Source: Asterias rubens
Lineage: Eukaryota
Assembly (NCBI RefSeq): GCF_902459465.1
Contig: NC_047079.1
Location: forward strand, 10,788,001 to 10,852,000
DNA: 64,000 nt
Direction: 5' to 3'
The stretch's first letter is position 1. Each line of letters starts with the position of its first letter. Below, piece after piece: positions 11,270 through 23,715 of the stretch. The notes below the pieces were generated by a model, which was not told where the DNA came from, ran no database searches, and saw nothing but the letters and a program-made list of their open reading frames with translations. The translations under genes were made by a program, and so were the position numbers.

Positions 11270-11512
11270 GGCCCAATTTCATAAAGTCTGTAAGCACAAA
11301 ATTTTGCTTTGCGTGAAATTTCTTCCTGGAATAAAAAACAAGATTACCAACCGAATTTTAATTTGTTGCATAAATTGTTTGTTACTGGCATTCAGCTGTT
11401 GTTTGCTGAACTTGAAAATCACGTAAAATTTTGTTGGAAATCCTGTTTTTATTAAGGAAGAAATTTCATGCTAAGCAACTTTGTGTGCTTACAGGCTTTA
11501 TGAAATTGGGCC
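11270..11512. mobile_element. PIF/Harbinger-like MITE
   Basis: 29-bp TIRs GGCCCAATTTCATAAAGTCTGTAAGCACA (28/29 match), starting 14 nt after the paralog B stop codon. Confidence 0.75.
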
Positions 11513-11554
11513 TTAGTCGTAGAGAATGTAACCCGCTATAGGCTAATGTATGGA

Positions 11555-11720
11555 AATGAAATTTGCATCGGGGATAAAGAATATTAGTTTTGGTCTTACC
11601 CCATATATACACCGATAAGTTATTAGCACACTGTACACTCAGTACTTTCCCGAGTTCTGTGAAAACAAAGTCACAGGCATTACTCGGGTGGATTTCGAAC
11701 TCACGATTTTTGCATTACTA
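11555..11720 (-). mobile_element. tRNA-related SINE-like repeat
   Basis: Shares CACCGAT..TTAGCACTGT..ACTCAGTACTTTCCCGAG and a B-box-like GTTCGAA motif with copies at 13978-14290 and ~23000-23230. Confidence 0.6.
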
Positions 11721-13817
11721 TATTATTAAATAGGCTGTTTGGGAAATCGTGGCTTTATGACGCGAAACGATTCTCAGATTCAAATATTTTTTATATAACC
11801 ACATTTACCAAATATTATACCTCCCCTTTAAAAAAAACAAGCTCCCGTTTCAGCGCTCTTTGTATGCAATTTGTAAAAAACTCAAACTTTGTCTGCGTGT
11901 GTAAATAGAAAGTAGTTTGAAAACATTGAAGTTATCGCATAAAAGCTTCTAAAATGTTACATTTTACTATTGTAATTTTTAATCTAAAAAGTCCGGATTT
12001 TCAAGGGGGGGGGGGGTTAACCCCTTTGCATGCAACCTTTATTTACCAAAGGAGTGACCCTGTACATTCCATGTCCATGTCCTTATTGGCAGGCAAGATA
12101 CTACACAGGCCATACAGGAAATTTACATTTTATGCTCCTTAACTTCCTTATGCATCCAATGTTGTAAAAGTAACAAAAGTAAGTTTTGAGGTAAGCCTCT
12201 TTTTTTTTTCTTTTTTTTTAACAATCAGACAAACATTTAGGATTTGAAACTGAAAACCTAGTCTTCTCTCCGTTGGGTTATTGGCATGTTTACTTTTTTG
12301 AGTGGCTTTGTACAAATCTTCCCATCTAGAAGTCTGGGCTCTGTGGCTCTTTTGTAAATAATATGTAAGGGTTTATTTCAGTATGGTAATTTAAAATAAA
12401 GAACCGGGTACTTTTGGGCGGCAGGGGATTTTCATGAGCATGACAATTGACAATGCTCCAGACAAAGATCTCAGAACAAATGCCTGATGCTAGTATTAAC
12501 TGTATACAAAGTCGTTTTCAGATGAATAACAAACATTTATTTGTTCAATTTGTAAATGTTTTTGAATGTACAAAAGATTGAAAGAAATCAACACGTAACC
12601 CAAGAGTACTTTATAAATGTTTGTTGTTTGCTTGTATCTTAATATTATAGACCATGTGAACCTTGTTTACATTAAGTGTGACCTTGTACAATCTTTGAGT
12701 ATTCTGGCAGGCAAGATACTACACTGGTCCTAAGGGAAAGTTGACATTTTGTGTCATAATTTCCACATAAAACCAAGAGTTGTGAAGTAAAAGCTGGTCA
12801 AGTTTTGAGATCTGCCCCCTTTCATCATATCAAAAGTTGATAAGAATTAAACAGTGCAATCTCCATAAAATATAAGATTTTATGTTTTCTTCCATTGAGC
12901 TGTGTACAAATTATGGCTCTTTTGTAAACATGTGATGTCACAGGTCACATCGTCTATAGCAGGTGTGCTTAAATTCATATTAATAATTCTGATATTGCGC
13001 ATAAAGTGATATTACAGATGCTTTCATTTTGATAAACAAATTAGCTAAAACCAACATAGGGGGGATATTCAATCGAAAATAAAATATTGTTACAATAAGT
13101 TCTGTATTTCTCATCTAAAGATACGGGGATGAAATTAAACGAAAGTGAAAGTTCAAAATTAAAAATGGCTTGCAGGTTTTAGTCTCCCTTATTCTAGACC
13201 CAGAACCTCCTTCTAGTAACAACTCAGGAGGTTTACAGACTGAGGGCATTACCATAAAAAAAGAAAACTTCAAAATTTGACACAGTGTGAACTGTATTTT
13301 TCACCAATTGGTGATTGCTTTACTTCTTTCAAGACATTTTGACTGAAAGGAGGATTTGAGAAAATCCTAAAATCAAGAAAATTCCTGAGCAATCACCTGC
13401 CTGATTAATATAGAATGGTCATGGATGTAGCAGCAATGTTAGGGAGCGTTTCGAAAACTTAAACGGTCAGAATGTTCTAATTGCACATGGACTAATCTGT
13501 TGGAACGCTGGAACATTCAAAGCCCCAATACTTCAGCACAATGACAGGGTCTAGCGGAATGTTCTAGTGGAATGTTCTGGCGGTCCATTGAAACATTCCA
13601 CAAGAACATTCCATAAGGTCTAATCATGTCCAACTTTTGGGATGCTCCCTTCAAGTTCAGCCCAACTGAAAGAAATCGGAAAGTATACAGATGAGATCAA
13701 TCTTCTCTATGATGTCTTAGCGCTGAATGGTTAAAATAAAAACAGTAACATGCATGGTAATCTGATTTAGGACTCGGGAAGTTTGTTTCTTAATTTTGAC
13801 TATGGTCTAGTACAAAC

Positions 13818-13965
13818 AATGGGAGACTTTCTGGGACGATAGAGGGCAGCAGACTTACCGGGTAAATCCATTGTTCTCAGAATTATGCGCATGTTCAGAA
13901 CTACGTAAACAATGGAAATTTACCCGGTATGTCTGCTGCCGCCTAGCGTTGGAAAGTCTCCTATT
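13818..13965. mobile_element. 148-bp palindromic MITE, copy 1
   Basis: Long imperfect TIRs (GGAGACTTT...GGCAGCAGAC...CCGGGTAAAT). By eye it is identical to the reverse complement of 21373-21520. Confidence 0.75.
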
Positions 13966-13977
13966 CTGGTCCGAGAG

Positions 13978-14290
13978 ATGTTAAATTTGCATTTGGGGAT
14001 AAAGAATAATAATTTTGGTTTTGACCCATACACCGATGTGTGTTAGCACTGTAAACTCAGTACTTTCCCCGAGTCCTGTGAAAAAACAATAACAGGCATG
14101 TTACATGGGTGGGATTCGACCTTCGACCCTTTCTAGACACTGCTCTAGAATTGCAAGGTTCGTGGGTTCGAATCCCACCTGAGTAACATGCCTGTGATAT
14201 TTGTTCACAGTATTCCGGGAAAGTACTGAGTATACAGTGCTAACACACATCGGTGTACGGGTAAAAACCAAAATTATGATTCTGGTCCAG
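13978..14290. mobile_element. Two head-to-head SINE-like copies forming a long inverted repeat
   Basis: Arms ~14010-14119 and ~14169-14277 are near-perfect reverse complements. B-box-like GGTTCGAATCCC near 14166. Confidence 0.7.
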
Positions 14291-14346
14291 TACAAATGTT
14301 GAGCTACAAGCCCCGCGGTCTTGTAGGTTTTTCTCCTGTTATGTCA

Positions 14347-17300
14347 TTAATAAGCAAAGTAGTGATTGTTCAAAGCTCTAGGATAAATAGACGCTTTCAA
14401 GATGCCACCAAATCTGATGATCTCAGCCCGTCCAACACACAGCGACGGGAATAAAGTTTCGGGCGCATACCCGTATTTCATCTCGCTGTGTGGATGGCCC
14501 GGATTAATCGCAGCTCTGTGTTCATTCTGATCAGGTGTATCCAACCATGCCACTTGAAGATCACTTATCGCTGTACTCACGTCTAACACATACTGTTGTT
14601 CGCCGTGTGGAATTCGTGTATACAGTGGAGGATTAAGCCCTAATTTGGACGGCGATTTGCAGCACCCGTACTTCTCATTGAAAGTGCAGATTGAGTTTGA
14701 TACCGGAGTTTTACATTGGCAAGTTGGTGAACATGGGCAGCCTACTGGGGTTTGATCGACCAGGGAAGAGTCTTGGCTTTCACCGGGCGACGAGTTACAA
14801 GAAGCTGCTGGGATGATGTGATTCCTAGTGTCTGACTTGTCACTAGATTGACTTCGTAGACGTTTAGCATTGGTGTGGAGGTCGCTCAGGGAACCTCTCT
14901 CCACACCTCCTTGAGGGCGGGGCGGGTGGTGAGACTGCGTTCGGCTGTTTGGCTGGGGTCGTTGCGGGGCACGCATTGCTGGAGCTGATCTGTGAGAGTT
15001 GAGGGCTAAGCTTAAGCTGCTCCGGAGTTTACTGAAAAACACAATGCTGTCACCAATCTATAAAACAAAGGAGAAAATATAAGTTAAATTTAAAAATCCT
15101 GCACATGTTTAAAACAAGAGCTGCGAAAGTATTTGTTTCTCCATGGCTTTGAGCTTTAATTGGGGTGAACTTCCATATGAAAAAAACACTGTAAAAAGAC
15201 TTAAAGATTTCAGGTGCGCCTTTACCTTACAAGAAGAATGGCTGAATATTTGAGGGGCAGCAAATTCCAGATGTATGATGTTAATCTCTCTCCATTTCCA
15301 GGGTACCTCACTTATATCCAGCATCCAAACGTCATTTAATACCTGGTGGGGGGAAACAATAAACACTGTCTCTTCAAATGGTTCGCTCAAGGGGCGTTAG
15401 TATTGAAAGTTCTGGTTGAAGTGGGTTCGAACCCCAGCTTGGCCAGTCAAAATGCTGGCATCTTTGACTATGATAGTTGAAACATGATTGAGTTGCGTGA
15501 AGTGCTCGCTTCTCACTACTGCGGCCCTGGTTCGATTTCTGGCGAGGGTCATTTGTGATTAGAAATGTGCGTTGGTTTTTTTCTGGCTAGTGAGTAAAGC
15601 ACTTGCCCGTCACCACTGTGGCCCAGCCGTCGATTTCACCAAACTCTTCCTAACTTAAGATTAATCTTAGTACTTAGGACGAGTCCTAACACTGCACTGT
15701 AGCATGCAGACCTTAAGATTAATCCTAAGTTATGACGAGTTATTTGTCCTAACTCGAGATAAGACGAGTCCCAACTCTTTGTGAAATCGTCCCCTGGTTC
15801 GATTCCCGACTAAGGACATTGTGAGTAGATTTGTACGTTGGTTCTCTCCTATGCCATGTGGGTTTTTCTCCAGACCCCGCAAGTTTTCCTCCCTCCCAAA
15901 AAAACCTAAACACTTTCATTCTCTGGCTGTGCATTGGGGTCATATGAGTCAATGTCTCTGACTACCATAAGCACCGTTTGCATGCCTGTGGCTTGAACAC
16001 ATTGTAGACGCATCCTTCGCAATTCAGCTTCTTGGCTGCAAGTATAGAATGATTTAGCCTCCCAAGGTATCATATGGCAAAGTTTGACACATTCTTTTCA
16101 ACAAGGGTAACCTACCTTTTCATAATTGCCCACTCCTCCAACGATTAAGATATGTCCATCGTCCAGAACAACCTGGGACAAAAAGTAATACAAACATTCA
16201 ATATTTGAAGGGAACAAATGAAAGTAAAAATAATTTATTTTGTATAGGTGGAGGGGGCGGATGGCAGGGGAGAAAGGGTGAGGGTAGAAAGATTTTTGTT
16301 GTAATGACTGCATCCATGGTGAAAGCGCTTTTTGTTTGTGCTAACCCGTGAAATATGCTTATGCCTAAGCAAATTTTTCTGCAACATTGGCTTACAGTTT
16401 AGCAGCACTATGAAACTTGCCTCTGGTCTGTAGCACCCATGGAACATTCCATTGTAAAGGTTAACAATGCCAATGTGATTATTATCTGGTGCAATATCAA
16501 TTCAGTATAATGATGCAGTCTAGCGGTTCAAAAGATTGCATTGCAGGCTGATGGTAATGGGCTTATATGGTATCGCTATTTTCTATTGACCCGATTCACC
16601 CGACGTCATCATCAGAATAATCCGCGACTCACGCTATTGGTGGGCAATTGACGCACCCTTTTGTTGGGCAATGTCTCTGTGCATTATTCAGTGAAGTTCA
16701 CATTTTTGGCGATGCTGCATTTACTTGTAAACCTATTGCCCACCAAAATGATGAGCGTGGCACAGTCGCAGCGTGTGACGTGCGTGCAAGGGGTCAATGA
16801 GTCTGTTCTTTCAAACATGTAATGTGATGGGCATTTGAGATGGATTTGCTTCTACCTGTACGTGTTTTTCCCTGGCTGGTGGCCTCTTTCCTTCCATCTT
16901 CATACAATTCCATGTCATGCTCTGGAGTGACAGCACCCATACACCATCGTACCTTAATAATTATAAGAAAAAATGTTGGTAGTCAATCCGAGAGCTCACT
17001 AATTGTAGAGTTTTTTGTGTTTAAAAAAAGAGAAATTGACTAGAGCGAGACGTGAACCTGTGACCTCCAGCTCAGCGATTACAAGATGCAAGGCTTCTGA
17101 CTGGCACCTCCAATAAGACAAAATAGGGAGACTACCAACATAAGGGGCTAGATGGATCAGTTGGTAGAGCACAGACTCATTAATCTACAGATTACAGGTT
17201 CACATTTGTTCAGCAATTTGCTCAGCCCTCAATTGAGTATGAAAGTACACTTTTTTTCGTAAGACATATGTGTGCTTACAATAAAAACAGTTTATTGTAT

Positions 17301-19551
17301 GTTAAATGTTCCACTAGTTTTTTCTCATTTGGATTATAGTCTTTTCAAAACAAAATGCTGGTCCAGTAAGATGTTAAAGCAACAACCAATTATGGATTCC
17401 CTCCCCCAAATTTGACCTTTGTGTGAGAAAAGCAGATTTCAAAAGAAATGACTGTTCCCCGAATGAAAACAAAATATAGATTTTTTATGACCAAAGTAAA
17501 ATCCACTGCTTACTTTGTTTGATTCCCGCAACTGCCACCAAATATGACCATGAGGTCATTCACCATACTTGCCCTGTGGCTGGCCATCGGTGGCGGGCAG
17601 AGACTTGTGACCACCGCCCGCCATTTGTTCTTCGGAATATCATAGATGTGAAGATCGTCGGAGATATGGGGCGGCTGGTGAGGGGGGTTTGGGACCGGGG
17701 GTGCCCATCCGCCAAAGAGAATGAGAGAGCCGTTGTGGTGGACCATTGAGGCTGCTGCTTTGGGGGACGGGTATTCCCCTAAAGGAAAGAAAAAAAACAA
17801 TCATTCTACTGTTAACAATCATATTATACATGCACCTGGCCTAATACTTCACTGAGGCAACAAAGGCGGTCGCCTCCATGCCCCCTTCATGCCATTGAAA
17901 TGATCCAGTAGAAATCTACACTATGAACTTGCTCATTATCAAATTTCTACTGGAGCATTTCAAGGGCACCTAGGCAAGGACCAGGGCAGTCGGCTATATT
18001 GTCTCTGTGAAGTAACAGGCCTGATGCATGTGAGATGGGTTAATGACATGCCTGCTTAGATCATGATGGCACGGCCTCTTTAAGGGATCCTGGGATGAAT
18101 ATTAGGGGTTCAGATAGGCAGATCTTTTTGAGATGATGTATTACAGGCCTTAAACTTAGCTCTTGGAGGGGCATGGTAATTCCATGAGGAACCATGTAAA
18201 TATGGGAACTTTGCAAAGGGCACCACAGTAAAAGCACAGGGCACTATGGCAATTGCCATGGGTGCCGTGGGTTATTTCAAGGCCTGGTATTATATACATT
18301 ACCGAGTGCCATAAGCCTTTTCCACGTCCTAGTACCGACGTCCATATTCTGCAGATCACAGTAACAGGTCCCACTTGCGGATCTCATTTCAGAGGGTACA
18401 GTGCCCCCAAACATGTACATCGTACCCTCAACATAGCACACGCTGTGCATGGAACGGCCAAAGAGCGAGTTGCCATTACACTCATGATGCGACCATTTTA
18501 GCGAGCCGGATCGGGCAGCCAGGCAGAAGGCTTGTTCTCGCTGTTTTATTACACCTGTCAATCAAAAGATCATTAGTTGTTTTTGTTAATCAAAATAGTT
18601 TCAACCTGAAGTTCATAAAAGTATTAAATTGTTAACAAATTATTTTTAAGACCTCCAAATCATTGGTTCATTCAAAGTATTTTATTGACCCTTTGCAGCA
18701 CATTCTGTCACCCAAGCCAAGTGCCAGTGGAGCCAGTTTGTGTGAAGTTGGCTTGGGGGAAACGTGTATAAAGTCAAGTGTGTTGGTTGGACCACACCCC
18801 AATAGGAATGAATTAGTAATTTTAGTAAGGGGCAAGCATCTTCTTACAACAACTTAATAAGGTCAGGCAGGGGGAAGCCTCCATCCTTTTAATTTCAATC
18901 ACATTTGTTATGGGTTCATAACTATTGAGTCTCAATCAATGGATTGAAAGGAAGAGGCAAAGACTACTTGTCTTGTTTAGAACTCAGTTAAAGAATGGAT
19001 GAAGGAAACACAAGTAATGCTTTATACATTAGAGTTGTCACTAGAGGGCGGTATGTAAGATGAGTGATCCCAACAAAACACATTGACACACTCAATAACT
19101 GAAAAGAAAAAAAAACTACAGAGAGCAACATTCTTGCCGTTGCTTCGTTTATATTATAGCTTCCAATTTCCTTTTTTCCATTGCTACTAACACAATTACA
19201 TTCCTGCCGTTGTATTGCTGTTTTCACTCTCACGAGTCCCAGCATAATAAAACAACAAGTGAAAGAAATAGTCACACATTTTCATGTTGTTAAATTAATC
19301 AAGATTCAATATCGATCATCAATAGTTTACAATTACATTTCTGTCATTCAGATTGGGAATTCCCAATGATTTATGTGAATGGCACACATTAGCTGCTTAC
19401 CCCGCATTAGTCGATGCCACTTTCTCGACACAAGAGATGCATTTTTGCAGTCACTGTAAGGAGACAGATATGACATAATTCTCTCTAAAATCTCCTCTGG
19501 CAAGTTTTCTATCTGTAAACAGTTACAAGTTTCTCCACGGATGCTCGCCAT
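14347..19551 (-). CDS. FBXO42: F-box only protein 42 (F-box plus kelch repeats), 549 aa
   Basis: Coding exons 19401-19551, 18303-18554, 17514-17778, 16856-16952, 16116-16172, 15226-15342 and 14347-15057. All introns are GT-AG and phase-compatible (1650 nt). F-box LPEEILERIMSYL, kelch FGG repeats, and C-terminal YVLDV...APETLFPSLCVGRAEIIRFGG resembling vertebrate FBXO42. Exon 16856-16952 (YDGVWVLSLQSMTW...PPAREKHVQ) is absent from the ORF track. Confidence 0.93.
15590..16065 (+). mobile_element. tRNA-derived SINE interrupted by a ~170-bp CWG-ended MITE (15624-15796)
   Basis: A-box-like TGGCTAGTGAG and B-box GGTTCGATTCCC, with central GTTGGTTCTCTCC...GGGTTTTTCTCC...TTTTCCTCCCTCCC. The 3' tail recurs at ~27345-27430, ending in (ATT)n. 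Confidence 0.6.
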
Positions 19552-20334
19552 GTCTGCCAGCTATCCACCACACCACACACACAACACACACACAGTTCAC
19601 GTCTCTATGTTCCGCCCAACTTGACCATCGCACCAACTGTAGTTGGGACTTTAGTGTTCATCTTGGGCATTACTTCCCAACTAGAGTTGGACAATGGTAA
19701 CGTTATTGTACAGTTGTTAAACCAGTGGGTCTCTGCTGAATTTGCAACCAACGAGCTCCGTGATGGCAAAATCCCAGAAGTTTGTATTTTTTTTGTAAAG
19801 ACATTTGGTTGTGTTTTATGAGTTACCTTCAAAAAAATTAACATTATTTTTTTTGTCGGAGTGAAAAAGGTGGAGGCTATCTTGATACTGTGGTCATGGA
19901 GGTATAAATTTCTAACTCACAGTGGAGTTCTATGGGCGATCCCAACTATAGTTTGGACGCCCAACTGTAACACTCAAGTTGGGATTTTCCTAAGTTGGGA
20001 CGGAACATCTAGACGTCTGTTCAGTCGTAAAAGCTTACACAACACAGCCGTCTGCTTTCACAGACATAACAGACGGCAATTAAAAACAAAAACTTTAACA
20101 TTTGTTTACTACGTGGCTGTGTTTATACAACAGTTTTAAGATAAGTAAATACAAAATAATCACTTCTAGGTTTATTTAATACTTTAATGTATTTTAGTTC
20201 TAAAAGAAAAAAAAAAAAACTTACTAAAATTGTGCAACTCGTTTTGAACGAGCCTGTCATGTCAGCGCCCGTGCTGGGAACTGAATTAATTCTGCTTCAG
20301 CTCTTGTTGTTGTGGTGTGCTGCAGTATTGCTCC
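19552..20334. promoter_or_regulatory. Probable bidirectional promoter/5' region shared by FBXO42 and CPLANE2
   Basis: Only ~780 bp separate the divergent ATGs (19551 on -, 20335 on +). Confidence 0.6.
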
Positions 20335-22703
20335 ATGGCTGCAGCGATGTCTCTGAGTACAACCTTCCAACTATACGGCCAACAGATAGACACAAACTGG
20401 CCTAAAACACCCAAAGGAAAAGAGTATTTTTCAAGCATTGTGAGGAAGGGGAAAAGGAGAATTTATGGTGAGAATTATACTATTTTCTTTTTTTTACTAG
20501 GCAAGTTTTATTTATTTTTTTAAAGTAACTTGACTTTCTTGAACTTACTTGAATTGAATCCACCGACGCCATCACACAACTGGGGAGGAGACGGTGGTTC
20601 TGGTTACTGTGGCAGACGGCTTAAAAAAGCTTATGTGTAGAGCCCCCCGACGTTCTTTAGGAATTCGTCCACATGTCCCTTGATTGAAAATGTGTTAATA
20701 AGTTTTATATTATTAATTTATTATTAATTTATTATTAAAAAGTAAAATTTAAAAAGTTTCGTTTTTGTTGTTAATGTAATTTTCAGATTGTATTAAAAAT
20801 TATTACTGAATGGGTGACAGTGACATGAGTCATGAGTACAGTGTATATATAATAATATTGTCTATGTTTTATGAAAGTTTCATATATACTATTCAATTTG
20901 AACAGTTTCATTTCATTGAAACTGTTCAAATTGAATAGTATATAGTTGTCTATCGTCGGTTATCCTTATCTCTGAGTGTTTAGGATGGCTTGGGTGGTTC
21001 TTGATGCTGAAGCCTTCAATTCAAGGAATAATTTCAAGTATAAATTTCGTTTCTCTTTTTCAGGGTTTCTGGAGAGGCCATCGCTTCCGCCAAACTTGAT
21101 TCCTGATGTGGTTTCTTACAAAGTGATTTTGAGGGGAAAGGCTGGAGTTGGAAAGACGAGTACGATTGCAAAGCTTGTAGGGTTGCAAGTTCCGACATCA
21201 CACAGTGAAACACCAGGTTAGCGGAGTGGTGTTGCGTTAGTTCGTTCACAGTAGTTCACTAGTTGTAAAACCCACATCCTCCATCCAATCTTCTGACCAG
21301 GATGGAGGCTCACGATTATCGCAACTGAGTTTAGTGAAGCTATTGCTAAATCTTCAATATTTTGACTGCTGCAATAGGAGACTTTCCAACGCTAGGCGGC
21401 AGCAGACATACCGGGTAAATTTCCATTGTTTACGTAGTTCTGAACATGCGCATAATTCTGAGAACAATGGATTTACCCGGTAAGTCTGCTGCCCTCTATC
21501 GTCCCAGAAAGTCTCCCATTGTTTTTCTTTGTTAACGCTAGTTAGTAAGGACAGGACCACTTATAATCTATTCCTTTTTTTTTATAGATTTGTTTGATAA
21601 CATTTGTTATCTTAAACAAAGGGATGGCAAAATTTACTCTTCTTCTTCAAAACGGCGATACTAATTAACTTTATTGTTTTCATTATTTAGGAATTGTATC
21701 ATCGGTAGTTTTTTGGCCAGCGAAGCTGCTACACTCTGATAAAGTACTGCTCTTCCGGCTTCAGTTTTGGGATGCAGGGGAAAATGCCATCAAGAAGTTT
21801 GACCACATTCTGCCTGTAAGTATTTAGTAAACACAAGCAACATTTAACCCAAATCATCATAAACGTTTTAGACAACGTGACAAAGTTGAGTTGTAGAAGT
21901 GTGCAAGAGCTGAGAGTAGTGGCGATTGAAAGAGAACACAAGTGATGGCAGCGACTCCAGGAATTCGCCCCTATTTAAACAATCTGAGGACGAGGCGGCC
22001 ACAGATGCGACTGTGGGAATAATGATGATGGTCATTACACAGTATATAAAACAAGCAAGCGATCATGATTTGGGAAAATTACTAAGGCTGTTTTCTTGAC
22101 TTGTAAGATATTTCAGTAGTAATTATTTATGTGGAGGATTTGTTGCGAGATGAACTTTTTAATCAGGTAGGGTTCAGAGTGAAACTAATCAATTTTTTCT
22201 CCGTCAATGAAACCAATTTTGTTGTGCCTTGTCTTGAGGTAACCTTGTTTATATTTCTTTTCTAGGCATGCAAGGCTGATGCAGACGCAACTCTAAACCT
22301 CTTCTCTTTCACGGATCGACAAAGTTTTGAAGATCTAAGGACACAGATGTCTCAGTCGGCTCAATCTGGCGACCGAGTTATACGCATTGTTGTTGGAACC
22401 AAGTACGATCTTTACAGCAACAGCGAAATCACGTCGCGGGAGCTCCAAGATTTCCAAGATCAGTGGACAGTCCCGATACTAAAGATTAAAAACGTCAGCA
22501 AACCTGCGGGGAATGATCTCTTGTACTCTGTAGACACGATGCAAGAAATTAACGAGGTATCGACAGTCATGAATAGTCTTGTGGATTATATTTGGACGCA
22601 GAAGAAAATTGCGTCTGGTGAATTGAAACCTGAGGATCTGAGGAGGACAGGAGTAGATGGAGGGAGTGAGGAGGTGCAATCAGATGAAGCATCTTATGTT
22701 TGA
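20335..22703 (+). CDS. CPLANE2: Ciliogenesis and planar polarity effector 2 (RSG1, atypical Rab-like small GTPase)
   Basis: Coding exons 20335-20467, 21064-21216, 21691-21815 and 22266-22703, GT-AG and in phase. Motifs NWPKTPKGKEYFSSIVRKGKRRIYG, P-loop GKAGVGKT, VVFWPAK, FWDAGENAIKKFDHIL, FSFTDRQSFEDL and VGTKYD match RSG1/CPLANE2. An alternative ATG lies at 20347. Confidence 0.93.
21373..21520. mobile_element. 148-bp palindromic MITE, copy 2 (CPLANE2 intron 2)
   Basis: Inverted, apparently identical copy of 13818-13965. Confidence 0.75.
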
Positions 22704-23696
22704 AATTTGGAAAAAATCTGCCGTGTAAACTTTCCGTTCTTGTAGGAGCACTTCTAAACCCTGAATGCCTTGCCAGGCCTGTATGCTTCGGTTTTGAAAG
22801 GGCAAGGGCACCAAGGCATTTTCTCCTTGGTAAATCGCCTCTGCCCTCCGTTGCCTCTGTGATGTGAAGTGTCGGGCAGGCCTTGCAATAAATCATTGTG
22901 CAAGTGCAAACATGCGAGGGGCAGGGCCAGAACTTACACATGTAAACAAACTAGATTGACAAAAATGTCCCTAAAACATAGGAATTGAACTGCCTCTAGA
23001 TACCGGGCGGGCAATCTCGGTGTTCCAAAAAGACACTGCTCGAGAATTGAAAAGTTTGAGGGTTCGAATCCCTCCCGAGTTGTATGCTTGTGATATTTTT
23101 TTTTCAAAAAAATCGGGAAAAGTACTGAGTACGTGTATACAGTGCTAACAGTTACACCCATTGGTGTAAAGATAAAACCAAAATTAGTATTCCCTAAAAA
23201 ACTATCCCCGATGATGCAAATTTAACAACTGTTAAAAATATACATTATTCAAAATCTTGTATCTTTTCAGCAAAAGCAAGATACAAAACTAATGCTTTGA
23301 AAACTCCTCCTTAGTGAAACTGTGTCGGTTAAACAAAACATAATTTTGCCTTATTGTTTCTCTGTTCACCTGTGGGAGGATGCTGGTCAGCGGCTTAACT
23401 AGATTTCTAATTGTTTCTTTTACTTATGAATGGTGAGTACAAATCGAGTAATTAAATTTGTTGTAATATTTTCTGTATTTTGTTTCTTCCTCATGTGATG
23501 TGGAATAAAAAAAATTGGAATAAAATTTCAATCATATTCTTACTTTTTCCATACACCTGGTGTTCCTTTCTTTTGGATTAAATATTAGGGTCTTTGCGAA
23601 ACCTAGTTGTTGAGGTTTTGAAAACAGCTGGAAGCTCAGAATTCTAATGCGCTGTTTCGAAAATACCCAGGGTTTTCAACTACTGACATATTTTTT

Positions 23697-23715
23697 AAAT
23701 AGCGCCCTCTTGTGG
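23697..23715 (-). promoter_or_regulatory. CTCF-like motif between CPLANE2 and D2HGDH
   Basis: The reverse complement reads CCACAAGAGGGCGCTATTT, close to the CTCF core CCASYAGRKGGCRS. Confidence 0.45.

Noticed and set aside
14138-14200. tRNA gene (GGTTCGAATCCC; also near 15788, 17150, 23063 and 31430)
   Set aside because: No complete cloverleaf, and each continues into shared SINE body sequence.
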